This document shows, in pieces, positions 53,538 to 64,000 of a DNA stretch of 64,000 nt. A program made the position numbers and the translations under genes. The notes below the pieces were generated by a model that saw nothing but the letters and a program-made list of their open reading frames with translations, ran no database searches and was not told the origin of the DNA. The stretch is from Squalus acanthias. Taxonomy: Eukaryota. Location: NCBI GenBank assembly GCA_030390025.1, contig JASTWF010000033.1, positions 6,016,001 through 6,080,000 of the forward strand, written 5' to 3'. Position 1 is the stretch's first letter, and each line of letters starts with the position of its first letter.

Positions 53538-54582
53538 GGAGGGTGAAAAGAAGCAAATAAAATCAAGAATAAATAATAATAATAACATATGTTCTTTACT
53601 TCTGTAAATGAAATGTCTGCATTCTGTGATTTGAGTGGAGTGGAATAAAATGAATGGAAAGATCTCACAGCAGCTTTTGCTCTGAAAACACTCGACAAAC
53701 ATTCTCCAATAGAGCCCAGTCCAGAAAAACATCAAATGGATTATTCTGAAAATAATAATAAAATAAATATAATATATATATACTTTGTTTTTACAAAATT
53801 CTTGTCTTGTCTTAGTTGGGTTGGGAATTAAAGGGAGAGTAAAGTCCCACAGCAGGATATGCAAACATTCCACGATAAAGTCCAGTCAAGAAAAAAATCA
53901 AATGGCCTGTTGTATATATGTAGCTTTGATTTTTACAAGTCTTGAAAGAAAGGCAAAGTAAGCTCCCACATCAGTGCGGTCTGGAATGAAATCAGTATGA
54001 TCTAATGGTGTATACTTTCTGTTTATTTCAGACAACAGATGCAGTACCAATGCACACGGCAGATAAATTGAACACAGACGAGCCCTGCATACACACCAGC
54101 TTTTGCTGTCTGTCTGTCTCTCACACACACACACACACAAACACAGGCCAGCCTGCAAAATTGCCACACAATGAAAGAAAGCTCTGCTGTGTTTGGCAGT
54201 TTAAAAGTAAAAAAACACTTTTCAGTATCTTATCTCTTCATTTTGCGGCCTACTGAATTAGGCTTTCTATTCTGCATCAAAAGCAAAATACTGCGGATGC
54301 TGGAAATCTGAAATTAAAACAGAAAATGCTGCAAATACTCAGCAGGTCAGGCAGCATCTGTGGAGAGAGAGATAAACAGAATTAATTCAGCTCGATGACC
54401 TTTCGTCAGATTCTGATCACAGGTCATCGAACTGAAACGTTAACTATGTTTCTCACTCTCTTCACAGACTCCGCCTGAGCTGTTGAGTATTTACAGCATT
54501 TCTGTTTTGATTTCTATTCTGCCTGTTGTCTTAATTTCATGTGTCTCTCTCATTGCGTGCCTGCCTTGTCTTGATTTGAGTG
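53538..54582 (+). repeat. Left arm of a diverged 1-kb inverted duplication (partner 60945-62023)
   Basis: Colinear reverse-complement match including the CA tract and a shared insertion. Confidence 0.85.
54276..54510. mobile_element. Palindromic Penelope-like mini-insertion, family 1, 12-bp TSD
   Basis: TTTCTATTCTGC at 54264-54275 and 54511-54522; inverted arms meet near 54410 with degenerate CTGANGA...GAAA cores. Confidence 0.75.
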
Positions 54583-54673
54583 TGATGATGTGGAGATGCC
54601 GGTGTTGGACTGGGATGGACAAAAGTGAGAAGTCGCACAACACCAGGTTATAGTCCAACAGTTTCATTTGAAA

Positions 54674-54711
54674 TCACAAACTTTCGGAGCAGCTGCCCCT
54701 TCGTCAGGTGA
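54674..54711 (-). ncRNA. Minimal hammerhead ribozyme motif in a Penelope-like fragment (about 54584-54720), family 2
   Basis: Minus strand UCAC-CUGACGA-A-GGGGC-AGCU-GCUCC-GAAA-GUUU-GUGA. Confidence 0.6.
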
Positions 54712-54755
54712 AGTGAAGGAATGCGAATCGGCAAAGCATATCTAGACAGAGAACA

Positions 54756-55226
54756 ATGCCTGTGCAGTGTACAATGTCAGACGACTAGAGTTAATCTTTC
54801 TGACTGCCTTTTATCACACCTCGGCAGGGAAACAATCAGGTCAGCCAGGAAGGCACCACATCAAAGACATAGCAAGATACAACTGAGACAATGAGGTGGG
54901 GTCACAGTGGGTCTAATGTGTCAAATGCAGTCTGTATGGAAAACCATAAACTTTAACATTTTTACTTTTTTTTACTGGAAATTACATCTGTCAACAAGGC
55001 AACGACGACTCGAGTAAAAATGTTAAAGTTTATGGTTTTCCATACAGACTGCAGCATTTGACACATTAGACCCCCTGTGACCCCACCTCATTGTCTCAGT
55101 TGTATCTTGCTATGTCTTTGATGTGGTGCCTTCCTGGCTGACCTGATTTTTTCTCTGCCGAGGTGTGCGGAAAGGCAATCAGATAGATTAACTGCAGTCG
55201 TCTGACATTGTACGCTACACAGGCAT
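54756..55226. repeat. Fold-back element: about 210-bp inverted arms around a 46-bp spacer
   Basis: 54756-54966 is the reverse complement of 55013-55226 with long exact stretches. Confidence 0.92.
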
Positions 55227-55355
55227 AATAAAATGAATGGAAAGATCGCACAGCAGGTTGTGCTCTGTAAACATCCCAAGCACATTCCACAATAAAGCCC
55301 AGTTCAGAAAAAAATCAAATGGATTATTCTGAAAATAATTTTAAAAATATAATAT

Positions 55356-55579
55356 TGTTGAGGCTGCCGCGAAACACGAATGGAGGCTGAATCCATATGT
55401 GGAAAACAAGAAACTTTAATTCACTGCATGGCACACAAAATGGCTGAGAAAGCTGCTCCCAGAATTCACTGGAAAAACCCTGAAGACCCGCCCACTCTTG
55501 TCTTAAAGGTAAGGTTCACCGATATATTGTCCACAGACGGAAAAGTGGGTTATGCCCGTTTAGTTGGCGATCCGCCACG
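55356..55579 (-). repeat. 3' LTR of the Gypsy element
   Basis: TGTTGAGGCTGCCGCGAAACACGAAT...GGCGATCCGCCAC shared with 59430-59676; minus-strand GGGGGGAG PPT adjacent at about 55583-55590. Confidence 0.9.
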
Positions 55580-58500
55580 CAGCTCCCCCCAGAATCCGCT
55601 TAGGCGGTTTGGACGAGACGGTGCGGCGGTCTGATGGGCCGGCTGGAGCGGCTCTTGTAGGACGCCGGTGGACGTGGAACGGCCGGGCGTGGAGCAGCGG
55701 GGTGAACCGGCTTGAGGGCAGGTCGGCCGCATGGTGGTGGACGAGCTACAGGGACTTGCTCACCGGGCTCCGAGTGTGCTGGCTTGAGTCGGTCAAGCGA
55801 CACTTTTTCGATCCTGTCGCCCACTTGCAGGGTGAAAAATGTGTCCCCAGCCTGTAGCACCTTGTAGGGCCCGTCGTACGGGGGTTTGAGTGGTCCGCGG
55901 ACGAAAACAAACAGTGACTGGTGCAGGCTTAGTGGGCCGTGTGAGGTGGATTCGCCATGTCGGGCAATGGGCACCAGGGCGAACCGGTGAGGCGAAGTCG
56001 TGGCGTTGCTGGTCGGCTGACCAGGGTGTCGTGGCGGTGGGCAGGAACTCGCCGGGTACGTGCAGCGGCTGACCGTACATGAGCTCTGCTGCCGATGCGT
56101 GGAGGTCTTCTTTAACCACGGTGCGCAGGCCGAGGAAGACCCACGGAAGTCGGTCGGTCCAGGCGCCGTCTTGGATGCTGGCTTGAAGAGATGCCTTCAA
56201 TGATCTGTGGAACCGCTCACACAGTCCGTTGGCTTGGGGGTGGTATGCTGTGGTGCGGTGAATGGTCACCCCGAGATTGCGTGCAACAGCGGTCCAGAGT
56301 TCAGAGGTAAATTGCGGACCTCTGTCCGACGTCATGTCGGAGGGGACGCCGAACCGTGCGACCCAGGTGCTGACGAAGGCTCTGGCGATGTCGGCGGTGG
56401 TGGTAGAGGTCAGTGGAATTGCCTCAGGCCAGCGTGTGGTGCGGTCAACGAGGGTCAGCAAGTGTGTGTGGCCTTGCGACGGCGGCAGGGGCCCAACAAT
56501 GTCCATGTAGATGTAGTCGAATCTCCGCGAGGGGACGGTAAACTCCTCGAGGGGTGCTTTGGTGTGTTGCTGTACCTTGGCCCGTTGGCAGGCTAGGCAG
56601 CAGTTGGCCCAAGTACGCACATCCTTGCGAAGGCCGCACCAGACGAAGCGGTTGGCTACCAATTTGATGGATACGCGGGCGCCGGGGTGGGAGAGGTTGT
56701 GGAGAATGTCGAATACCCGGCGGCGCCAGGACGCTGGGACGACGGGCCTAGGTTGACATAGGGATATGTCGCACTTGACCATGACTGCGGTCGGGCCACA
56801 GGCGACGTCGGCCAGGCGTAGCCCGGGTAGGTTGGTGGGTGCAGAGAGTAGATCAGTGTCGGTGATCTGGTCTGCTGCGAGTTGAGCGTAGTCGACTGCT
56901 AGGTGTGCGGCGTAGATGGCGGGGTGGGAGAGTCAGTCGGCTACCACATTGTCTCGGCCGGAGATGTGTTGGATGTCCGTGGTGAACTCAGACACCGCCG
57001 CGAGCTGGCGCTGCTGCCTTGCAGACCAGGGGTCGGTTGTCTTTGCCATTGCGAATGTCAGGGGCTTGTGGTCGACAAACGCCGTGAAGGGGTGGCCCTC
57101 AAGCAAAAACCGGAACTGGCGGACCGCAAGGAAAAGCGCGAGGAGCTCGCGGTCAAAGGTGCTGTACTTGACCTCCGGGGGGCGTAGTTGGCGGCTGAAG
57201 AAGGCAAGTGGTTGCCAGGCACCGTCGACCCACTGCTCATACATGGCGCCGACCGCGTGGTCGGAGGTGTCCGTGGTGAGCGCTACCCTGGCATTGGTCC
57301 GTGGGTGCGCAAGCAGGGTGGCGTTGGCGAGCGCGGTCTTGGAGGAGTCGTAGGCGGCTGACGAGTCTGCCATCCATTCGACTGCCATCTTGCCGCTCCT
57401 GTCCCGGAGTGTTTCATACAGGGTCCTCATGGGGAACGCCGCTTTGGGGATGAAGCTGTTATAGAAATTCACCATCCCAAGGAACTCCTGGAGGCCTTTG
57501 ATGCTGGAGGGGCGGGGAAATTGTTGGACGGCCTGCACCTTGGTGGGCAGGGGAATGGCCCAGCATGGGTGATGTGGTGGCCGAGGAAGTCGATCTTGTC
57601 CAGGCCGAACTGGCATTTGGCTGGGCTGAGGATGAGCCCGTGTTCGCTGAGCCGCCCAAACAGGATGCGGAGGTCTTCCAGGTGTTCCTGCTTGGAGGAA
57701 CTGCCTACCAGGATGTCGTCCAGGTAGACGAACATGAACTTCAGGTCCCGAAGGACCGAGTCCATGAGCCGTTGGAATGCCTGGGCCGCGTTTTTGAGGC
57801 CGAAGGGCATCCGCAGGAACTCGAACAGGCCGAACGGGGTGATTACGGCCATCTTGGGGACGTCCGCGGGGTGGATGGGGACTTGGTGGTAGCCGCGCAC
57901 CAGGTCGACCTTGGAAAAGACTGAGCGGCTGGCCAGTCTAGCCGAGAAGTCCTGAATGTGCAGCACGGGGTACCGATCAGGGGTGGTGGCGTCATTGAGG
58001 TGGCGGTAATCCCCGCAGGGGCGCCAACCTCCGCCTGGTTTGGGGGCCGATGTGGAGTGGGGAGGCCCAGGGACTGTTGGAGCGGCGGATGATGCCGAGC
58101 TGTTCCATGGTTTGCAAACTTGGTCCGCGCGATCTCCAGTTTGGCCGGGTCCAGCCTGCGGGCGTGGGCGTACACTGGGGGGCCTGTGTTGGGGATGAAG
58201 TGTTCCACCCCGTGTTTGGCGGCCACCGCGGAGACGGTCGGATTGGTAAGGGCCGGGAATTCGGCCAGGAGTGCCGAGTAGTCATCCATGGCCCGGGCGT
58301 GGCACTGTGACGCCATGTCGGTGGGTTGACGGGGGGCCATGGCGCCCAGGATGGGGGACATGGTGTTCATGTCCACGAGGCGGTGACAAGGGATGTCTAC
58401 CAGTAGGCCGTGGGTGCACAGGAAATCTGCGCTGATGAGAGGGGAGAGCACCTTGGCAGTGATGAACTCCCATCAGTAGCGGGGACCAGCGAGGGCGAGG

Positions 58501-59414
58501 GTGACTGTCCGGGTGCCATACATCCGGATTTCCGAGCCGTTAGCAGCAGCTAGCGCCGGTCCTCGTACGCCCTTTTGGATGTCGAGGGAGGAGGCTGCGA
58601 TGATGCTGTGCTGAGCCCCAGTGTCGCACAGGAACCGGCGGCCGGTTTTGTCATCCGTGACGTACAGCAGGGAGCTAGCGTCTCCCACGGCCTTCGCGGG
58701 GGCTGGTACGGGGGCGGACTTCAAAGTGCAGGGAGGTGTGCACCGTTGTGCCCTGGCGCCGAACCGTGCATGGTAGTAACAGTGGCCCGGGTTAGTGGGG
58801 CGCGAAGGCCACGTGGGCCTGGTGGCTTGTCCTTGTGGCCACGTGGTGAAGGTGAGGGGTGCGGCCAGGCATTGGCTGCCAGGTCCGGAGTGACGTCGCG
58901 GCTGGAGTGAGCGGACAGCAGCTTGTCGGCCTCATCGGCCAGGGCTTCCAGGTCCGTGAGGCCGGATGCCACGATCGCTGGGAGGATGCTGAGAGGGAGC
59001 TGGTGGATGAACAGCATGCGAAAGAGGGATCTGGGTGGGCTCTCGTCGGTGAGGGAGTGCATGTGGGAGAGGAGGTCTGACGGTGAGGCATCACCGAGGC
59101 CTGGAAGGTCGAGGAGGTGGCAGTTTCGCTGATATGCCGAGGCCGTAATTTTTTTAAGGAGCGCTGCCTTGAGATGTGCTTAATTGCCTTCCTCTGGTTG
59201 GTTCTGCAGCGCTGTCCAAACCTTTGAAACTGTGGCGCTACCGAGTGATGTGATGCGGTAGTCATACTGCGTCCCATCTGTGGTGGTGTTTCACAGCCAG
59301 AAGCGGGATTTAGCTTGGAGAAACCAGGCTTAGGGCTGGTTTTCCCAAAACTCAGGCAGTTTCACAGAAACTGCGTTCATGTCCGCCATTGCAGTGCTCG
59401 GAATACGTTCTGAG

Positions 59415-59428
59415 CGTCGGGGTCACGA
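59415..59428 (-). promoter_or_regulatory. Primer-binding site, tRNA-Trp type
   Basis: Minus strand TCGTGACCCCGACG next to the 5' LTR, one mismatch to TGGTGACCCCGACG (complement of the tRNA-Trp 3' end, from recall). Confidence 0.75.
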
Positions 59429-59429
59429 A

Positions 59430-59676
59430 TGTTGAGGCTGCCGCGAAACACGAATTAAGACTGAATCCATGTGTGGAAAACAAAGGCTTTTTAATACAAC
59501 TGCATGGTCCAAAAAGGCTGAACAGACTGCTCCCAGAATTCTCTGGAAAAACCCTGAGGCCATGACCACTCCTTTTCTCCTGCCTTAAAGGCAAGGAGCC
59601 TTAAAGGCAAGTTGCCCGATATTTTGTCCACGGACGGAAAGGTGTATAATGCCCGTTTAGGTGGCGATCCGCCACA
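59430..59676 (-). repeat. 5' LTR of the Gypsy element
   Basis: TG...CA termini; direct repeat of 55356-55579 with indels. Confidence 0.9.
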
Positions 59677-60546
59677 ATTTGATATTTTACTGGACTGTAT
59701 TTAATAGGGGAATGTTTGTTGAGTGTTTCATGGCATTTCCTGTAGTGGGATCTTACTCTCCCCTTCAGCCCAACCCAAACAAGATATTTGAAAAACAAAA
59801 GTATGTATAAAATATTTTAAATTATTTTCAGAATAATCCATTTGATTTTTTTCTGAACTGGGCTTTATTGGGGAATGTGCTTGTGATGTTTTCAGAGCAA
59901 AACATGCTGTGAGATCTTTCCATTCATTTTATTACATTCCAGGCAAACCACAGACAGGCAGACATTTAGTTCACAGAAGTAAAGTATATATATTATTCTT
60001 TATTCCTGATTGTATTTACTTCTTTTCACCCTCCCGGGACTTCATTTCCTCTCGGGGACCCGAATTTCTGGGGACTCGGCTTCACTTCTTCCTGTTTGAT
60101 TGTCCTCATCAAACATGGCCGCACAGCCAGGAAGGAACATCATCAAAAATTGACACTTCAGGCTGAACCCGTTTCAAAATAAATGTGTGTGTGTGAGTGT
60201 GAGTTTCTGCAAATTGCAGTGTCTGTGTGAGTGTGTGTGTCATATTCCGGTAAATTTTAATTCAATGTGGTTAGGAGGGAGACTGTGTGAGTGACAGACA
60301 GTCAGACAGTCAGTGAGAGCGAGAGAGACATGAAATAAAAAGGCAAGTAGCAAAATAGAAAGCCTGTTTCTGTAGGCCACAAAGTGAAATGATAAGATAC
60401 TGAAAGTCTCTGTTTGGTTATAATCTTCCAACATGGCAGTCATCCCTCTGCAGGCTGGCCAGGCTGTGAGTGTGTGTGTGGGAGAGAGAGAGAGGGCAAA
60501 AGCTGGTTTTTGTGTGAGATGTGGTCTGCTGCCTTATTACCTGCTG

Positions 60547-60733
60547 AGAAGTCGCACAACACCAGGTTATAGTCCAACAGATTTATTTAAAAATACGAGC
60601 ATTCGGAGCTGTTACCTTTACCTGACGAAGGGGCAACAGCTCCGAAAGCTCGTAAATTTGTTGGACTATAACCTGATGTTGTGCGACTTCTCATTTTTGT
60701 CCACCCCAGTCCAATATCGGCATATATGCATCA
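60547..60733. mobile_element. Palindromic Penelope-like mini-insertion, family 2, 13-bp TSD
   Basis: TTATTACCTGCTG at 60534-60546 and 60734-60746; empty paralogous site at 62588-62600; inverted arms. Confidence 0.85.
60617..60656 (+). ncRNA. Minimal type I hammerhead ribozyme motif
   Basis: UUUAC-CUGACGA-A-GGGGC-AACA-GCUCC-GAAA-GCUC-GUAAA: full core, 5-bp stems I and II, palindromic AGCU in place of stem III. Confidence 0.72.
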
Positions 60734-60944
60734 TTATTACCTGCTGTTGTTGTATTAAACCATATTGATTTTATTCTGGCCTGGTCCACATGTAATGCTG
60801 TTGTGTATCACTTCATTGCACTTTATTTCATTTCACTTCACTTCAAGACAGACAATAAGTCAGTGAGATATTAAAAAAATTCTTTTTGGACTGTCTGACA
60901 ATAAAAGCTGCTCTGGGATCTTTGCATTCTCTTTATTCCACTCT

Positions 60945-61426
60945 ACTCAAATCAAGACAAGGCAGACAAGCAGGCTGGCAGTGAGAGGGACACATGAAAT
61001 CAAGACAACATGCAGAATAGAAATAAAAACAGAAAATGCTGGAAATACTCAGTATGTTAGGCAGCATCAGTGGAGATACAGAGAAACAGAGTAAATGTTT
61101 CAGCTCGATGACCCTTTGTCAGAACCATGCCAGAATCTGACAAAAGGTAATCGAGCTGAAACATTAACTCTGTTTATCTATCTCTCCACAGATGCTGCCT
61201 TACCTGCTGAATATTTCCAGCATTTTCTGTTTTTATTTCAGATTTCACACATCCACAGCATTTGCTTTTGATGCAGAATAGAAAGCCTGATTCTGTAGGC
61301 CACAAAATGAAAAGATAAAATATTGAAAACTGTGTTTGCTTTTACGCTGCCAAACAAAGCAGAGCAATGATAGATATCCACTTTCTTTCGTTGCTGACAG
61401 TGATTTGTGGCAATTTTGCAGACTGG

Positions 61427-61477
<51 letters not shown>

Positions 61478-62023
61478 CACACAGACAGCAAAAGCTGGTG
61501 TGTTTGCAGGGCTTGTCTCTGTTCAAGTTATCTGCCTTGTGCATTGGTATTGCATCTCATTCTGAAAAAAGCAGAAAGTTAACTTCATTAGATCATATAG
61601 ATTTAATTCCAGAATGCACTGTTGTGGGAACTTACTTTACCTTTCTTTCAAGAATTTTGTAAAAAGCAAATTTACATATATATATCAAGCCAAATGATAT
61701 TTTTCTGGACTGGACTTTATAGGGGATTGTTTGCGGAGTTTTTAATGGCATATCCTACTGTGGGATCTTACTCTCCCCTTCATCCCAATCCAAACAAGTG
61801 AAGACTTTTGTAAATTATTTTCAGAATAATACATTTGATTTCTGAACTGGTTTTATTGGGGAATGTGCTTGGGATGTTTTCAGACCAAAAGCTGCTGTCC
61901 AATCATACCATTCATTTTATTACACTCCAGGCAAATCACAGACAGGCAGACATTTAATTAACAGAAGTCAAGTATATATTATTATTATTTATTCCTGATT
62001 GTATTTATTTCTTTTCACCCTCC
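60945..62023 (-). repeat. Right arm of the inverted duplication (partner 53538-54582)
   Basis: Reverse-complement match; carries the family-1 insertion 61024-61272 with TSD GCAGAATAGAAA. Confidence 0.85.
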
Positions 62024-62514
62024 CGGGCTTTCATTTCCTCTCAGGGACCCAGATTTCTGGGGCCTCGGCTTCACTTCTTCCTGTTTGATTGTCCTCATCA
62101 AACATGGACGCACAGGCAGGAAGGGGCATCATCAAAAATAGACACTCCCAGGCTGCACCCCTTTCAAAATGGAAGTGTGAGTGTCTGTTTCTGCAAATTG
62201 CAGAGTCTGTGTGAGTGCGTCTGTATTTGTGTGGGTGTCTGTGTGTCTGCAAATTTCAAAGTGTGTGGAGTGTGTGTCATGTTACCTTAAATTTTAGTTC
62301 AATGTGGTTGGGAGGGAGACTGTGTGAGTGGCAGACAGACAGACAGTCAGTGAGAGTGAGAGAGACATGAAATCAAAAGGCACGTTGCAGAATAGAAAGC
62401 CTGTTTCTGTAGGCCACAAAATGAAAAGATAAGATACTGAAAAGTGTATTTTTGGTTTTAATCTTCCAACACGGAAGTCATCCCTCTGCAGGCTGGCCAG
62501 GCTGTGTGTGTGAG

Positions 62515-62548
<34 letters not shown>

Positions 62549-62640
62549 GGCAATAGCTGGTGTTTGTGTGAGATGTTGTCTGCTGTCTTATTAACTGCTG
62601 TTTTTGTATTAAACCCTGTTGATTTCATTCTGGCCTGGTC

Positions 62641-62972
62641 ATAGAAACATAGAAGATAGGAGCAGGAGTAGGCCATTCGGCCCCTCGAGCCTGTTCCGCC
62701 ATTTACTGAGATCATGGCTGCTTATCCAAATTCAGTACCCTGTCCCTGCTTTCTCCCCATATCCCTTGATCCCCTTAGCCTTAAGAAATATATCTAAATC
62801 ATTCTTGAATATATTTAATGAATTGACCTGAACTGTCTTCTGTGGTTGAGAATTCTACAGGTTCACCACTCTCTGGGTGAAAAAATTCCTCCTCATCTCA
62901 TTCCTAAATGGCTTACCCCTTATCTTTAGACTGTGACCCTGGGTTCTGGACTTCCCTGCCATTGGGAACATC
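62641..62972 (-). mobile_element. CR1 3' end fragment
   Basis: ATAGAAACATAGAAGATAGGAGCAGGAGTAGGCCATTCGG start, matching 48490-48810. Confidence 0.9.
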
Positions 62973-62997
62973 ATAAGTTAGATACAGAGTAAATCTC

Positions 62998-63646
62998 TGT
63001 TGTGGAGTATTTGAAACCAACACTCGACGCAAGGTTTTCAGATCGAGAATCAAGTCGTTTTTATTACACCAGTGGTGAGACAACCTACTCTGTCTTAGCC
63101 AGACTTCTCCAAATTGTTACAGCAAACACTACATTTTTATAAATTACAATATACATGTCCAGCTCATGCAAAATTCATTCCTGCCACCGGATTGGACCTT
63201 AGCCCGCATGCATCTTCAGTGATTGGTTGCCTATGCCACTTTCCATTAAAGTACCGCCTTTATTATCGGAAAAGTATATGTCCGTTATCCCACAAGATGT
63301 TGTTGCACCTATGACCTTTGTTTATGCCAGATGGGGTCTCACCAACATTGTAATTCTGACTCATTGTCCTGCTTTCCTGTCTGTCTGGGTCTCTTTACTT
63401 CCAACTCATTGTTTTACTTTCCTGTCACAACAGAACTTACATCCTCTAGGCCTCTTATGGTTCAACGTTATACAGTTTGAAGTCATCAGTCATTCAAAAT
63501 CGACATGTCATTCTTAGGTTATCTCAACTGCCAGTTCAGCAACTTAGAAAAAAGCTTACTACTGCAAAGACCTATTAGATTATTGTCTTTATTACACCAT
63601 TCAGTGAAACTGCCAGCGATGTCAATTTAAAACTTTCCCCACTGTA
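62998..63646 (-). mobile_element. Putative 3' LTR of an ERV-like/LTR element
   Basis: Minus-strand PPT AAAAGGGGGGAT at 63647-63658, AATAAA near 63060, ends ...CAACA at 62998; the start reads TA rather than TG and the second LTR is outside the window. Confidence 0.55.
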
Positions 63647-63766
63647 ATCCCCCCTTTTGGTACTTGGCCCTTGCCCAAGTTAAACCACATGTATAAGCAT
63701 CGTTGTGTCTCCTGCCCCATGCGGTGATCAGTCGCTGGTTCGGGAGGCCCTGCATATCCATCATGT

Positions 63767-64000
63767 TTAGAGCAAACTTGTGTTTTCCAACTCTTTCCGA
63801 CTCGCTTTAGCTCTTTGTTTGTTCCGTTTCTTTTTACAAGCGTTGCATGCTGCCATTCCCTATCCTATAGCCATGACTAGCTGTACTATCACTAATATTT
63901 GAGAAATGATGCAGATCCTTTGTTGTATGTAGACATTAATTCCTCAATCCCACAGCTTCTCATACCACGGGACTTCCTGTAGCTCTACCTCTATGTCCCT
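63767..64000 (-). pseudogene. Env-like C-terminus (Trp-rich segment, transmembrane helix, basic tail) with two stops
   Basis: Manual translation RDIEVELQEVPWYEKLWD*GINVYIQQRICIISQILVIVQLVMAIG*GMAACNACKKKRNKQRAKASRKELENTSLL*, just upstream of the PPT. Confidence 0.5.

Larger units (their letters stand above)
55356..59676 (-). mobile_element. Decayed Ty3/Gypsy LTR retrotransposon, CsRn1-like
   Basis: Two LTRs; Gag CYYH-x9-C-x3-C at 58728-58781; protease DTGA; RT YLDD; RNase H TDTSD; integrase HHCC and D,D-E in PR-RT-RH-IN order; multiple frameshifts. Confidence 0.95.
59680..60790 (+). repeat. Diverged direct duplication of 61695-62640
   Basis: Colinear, e.g. TGTTTGATTGTCCTCATCAAACATGG near 60093 and 62082. 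Confidence 0.85.

Overview
Eukaryotic genomic DNA, most likely a cartilaginous fish (inferred from repeat families and NLR-like exons), mostly repetitive. One host gene fragment is supported: three phase-compatible + strand exons (2184-2350, 12297-12468, 12574-12639) encoding a death-fold/CARD-like N-terminus typical of shark NLR-like genes; no NACHT exon is visible. Its introns hold a 51-bp minisatellite and a 39-bp minisatellite that spans about 30 kb to a 500-N gap and carries five CR1 copies derived from two insertions by tandem duplication. After the gap come a 27-bp minisatellite, a near full-length decayed CR1, inverted/direct duplications centred on a decayed CsRn1-like Gypsy element, small palindromic Penelope-like insertions with minimal hammerhead ribozyme motifs, and an LTR plus env-like C-terminus at the right edge. 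The long repetitive ORFs are minisatellite read-through, not genes. I see no convincing wholly new system; the best leads are the hammerhead mini-elements, the minisatellite-driven CR1 amplification in an NLR intron, the CsRn1-like element and the env-bearing LTR element. Repeat boundaries were read by eye and are approximate.
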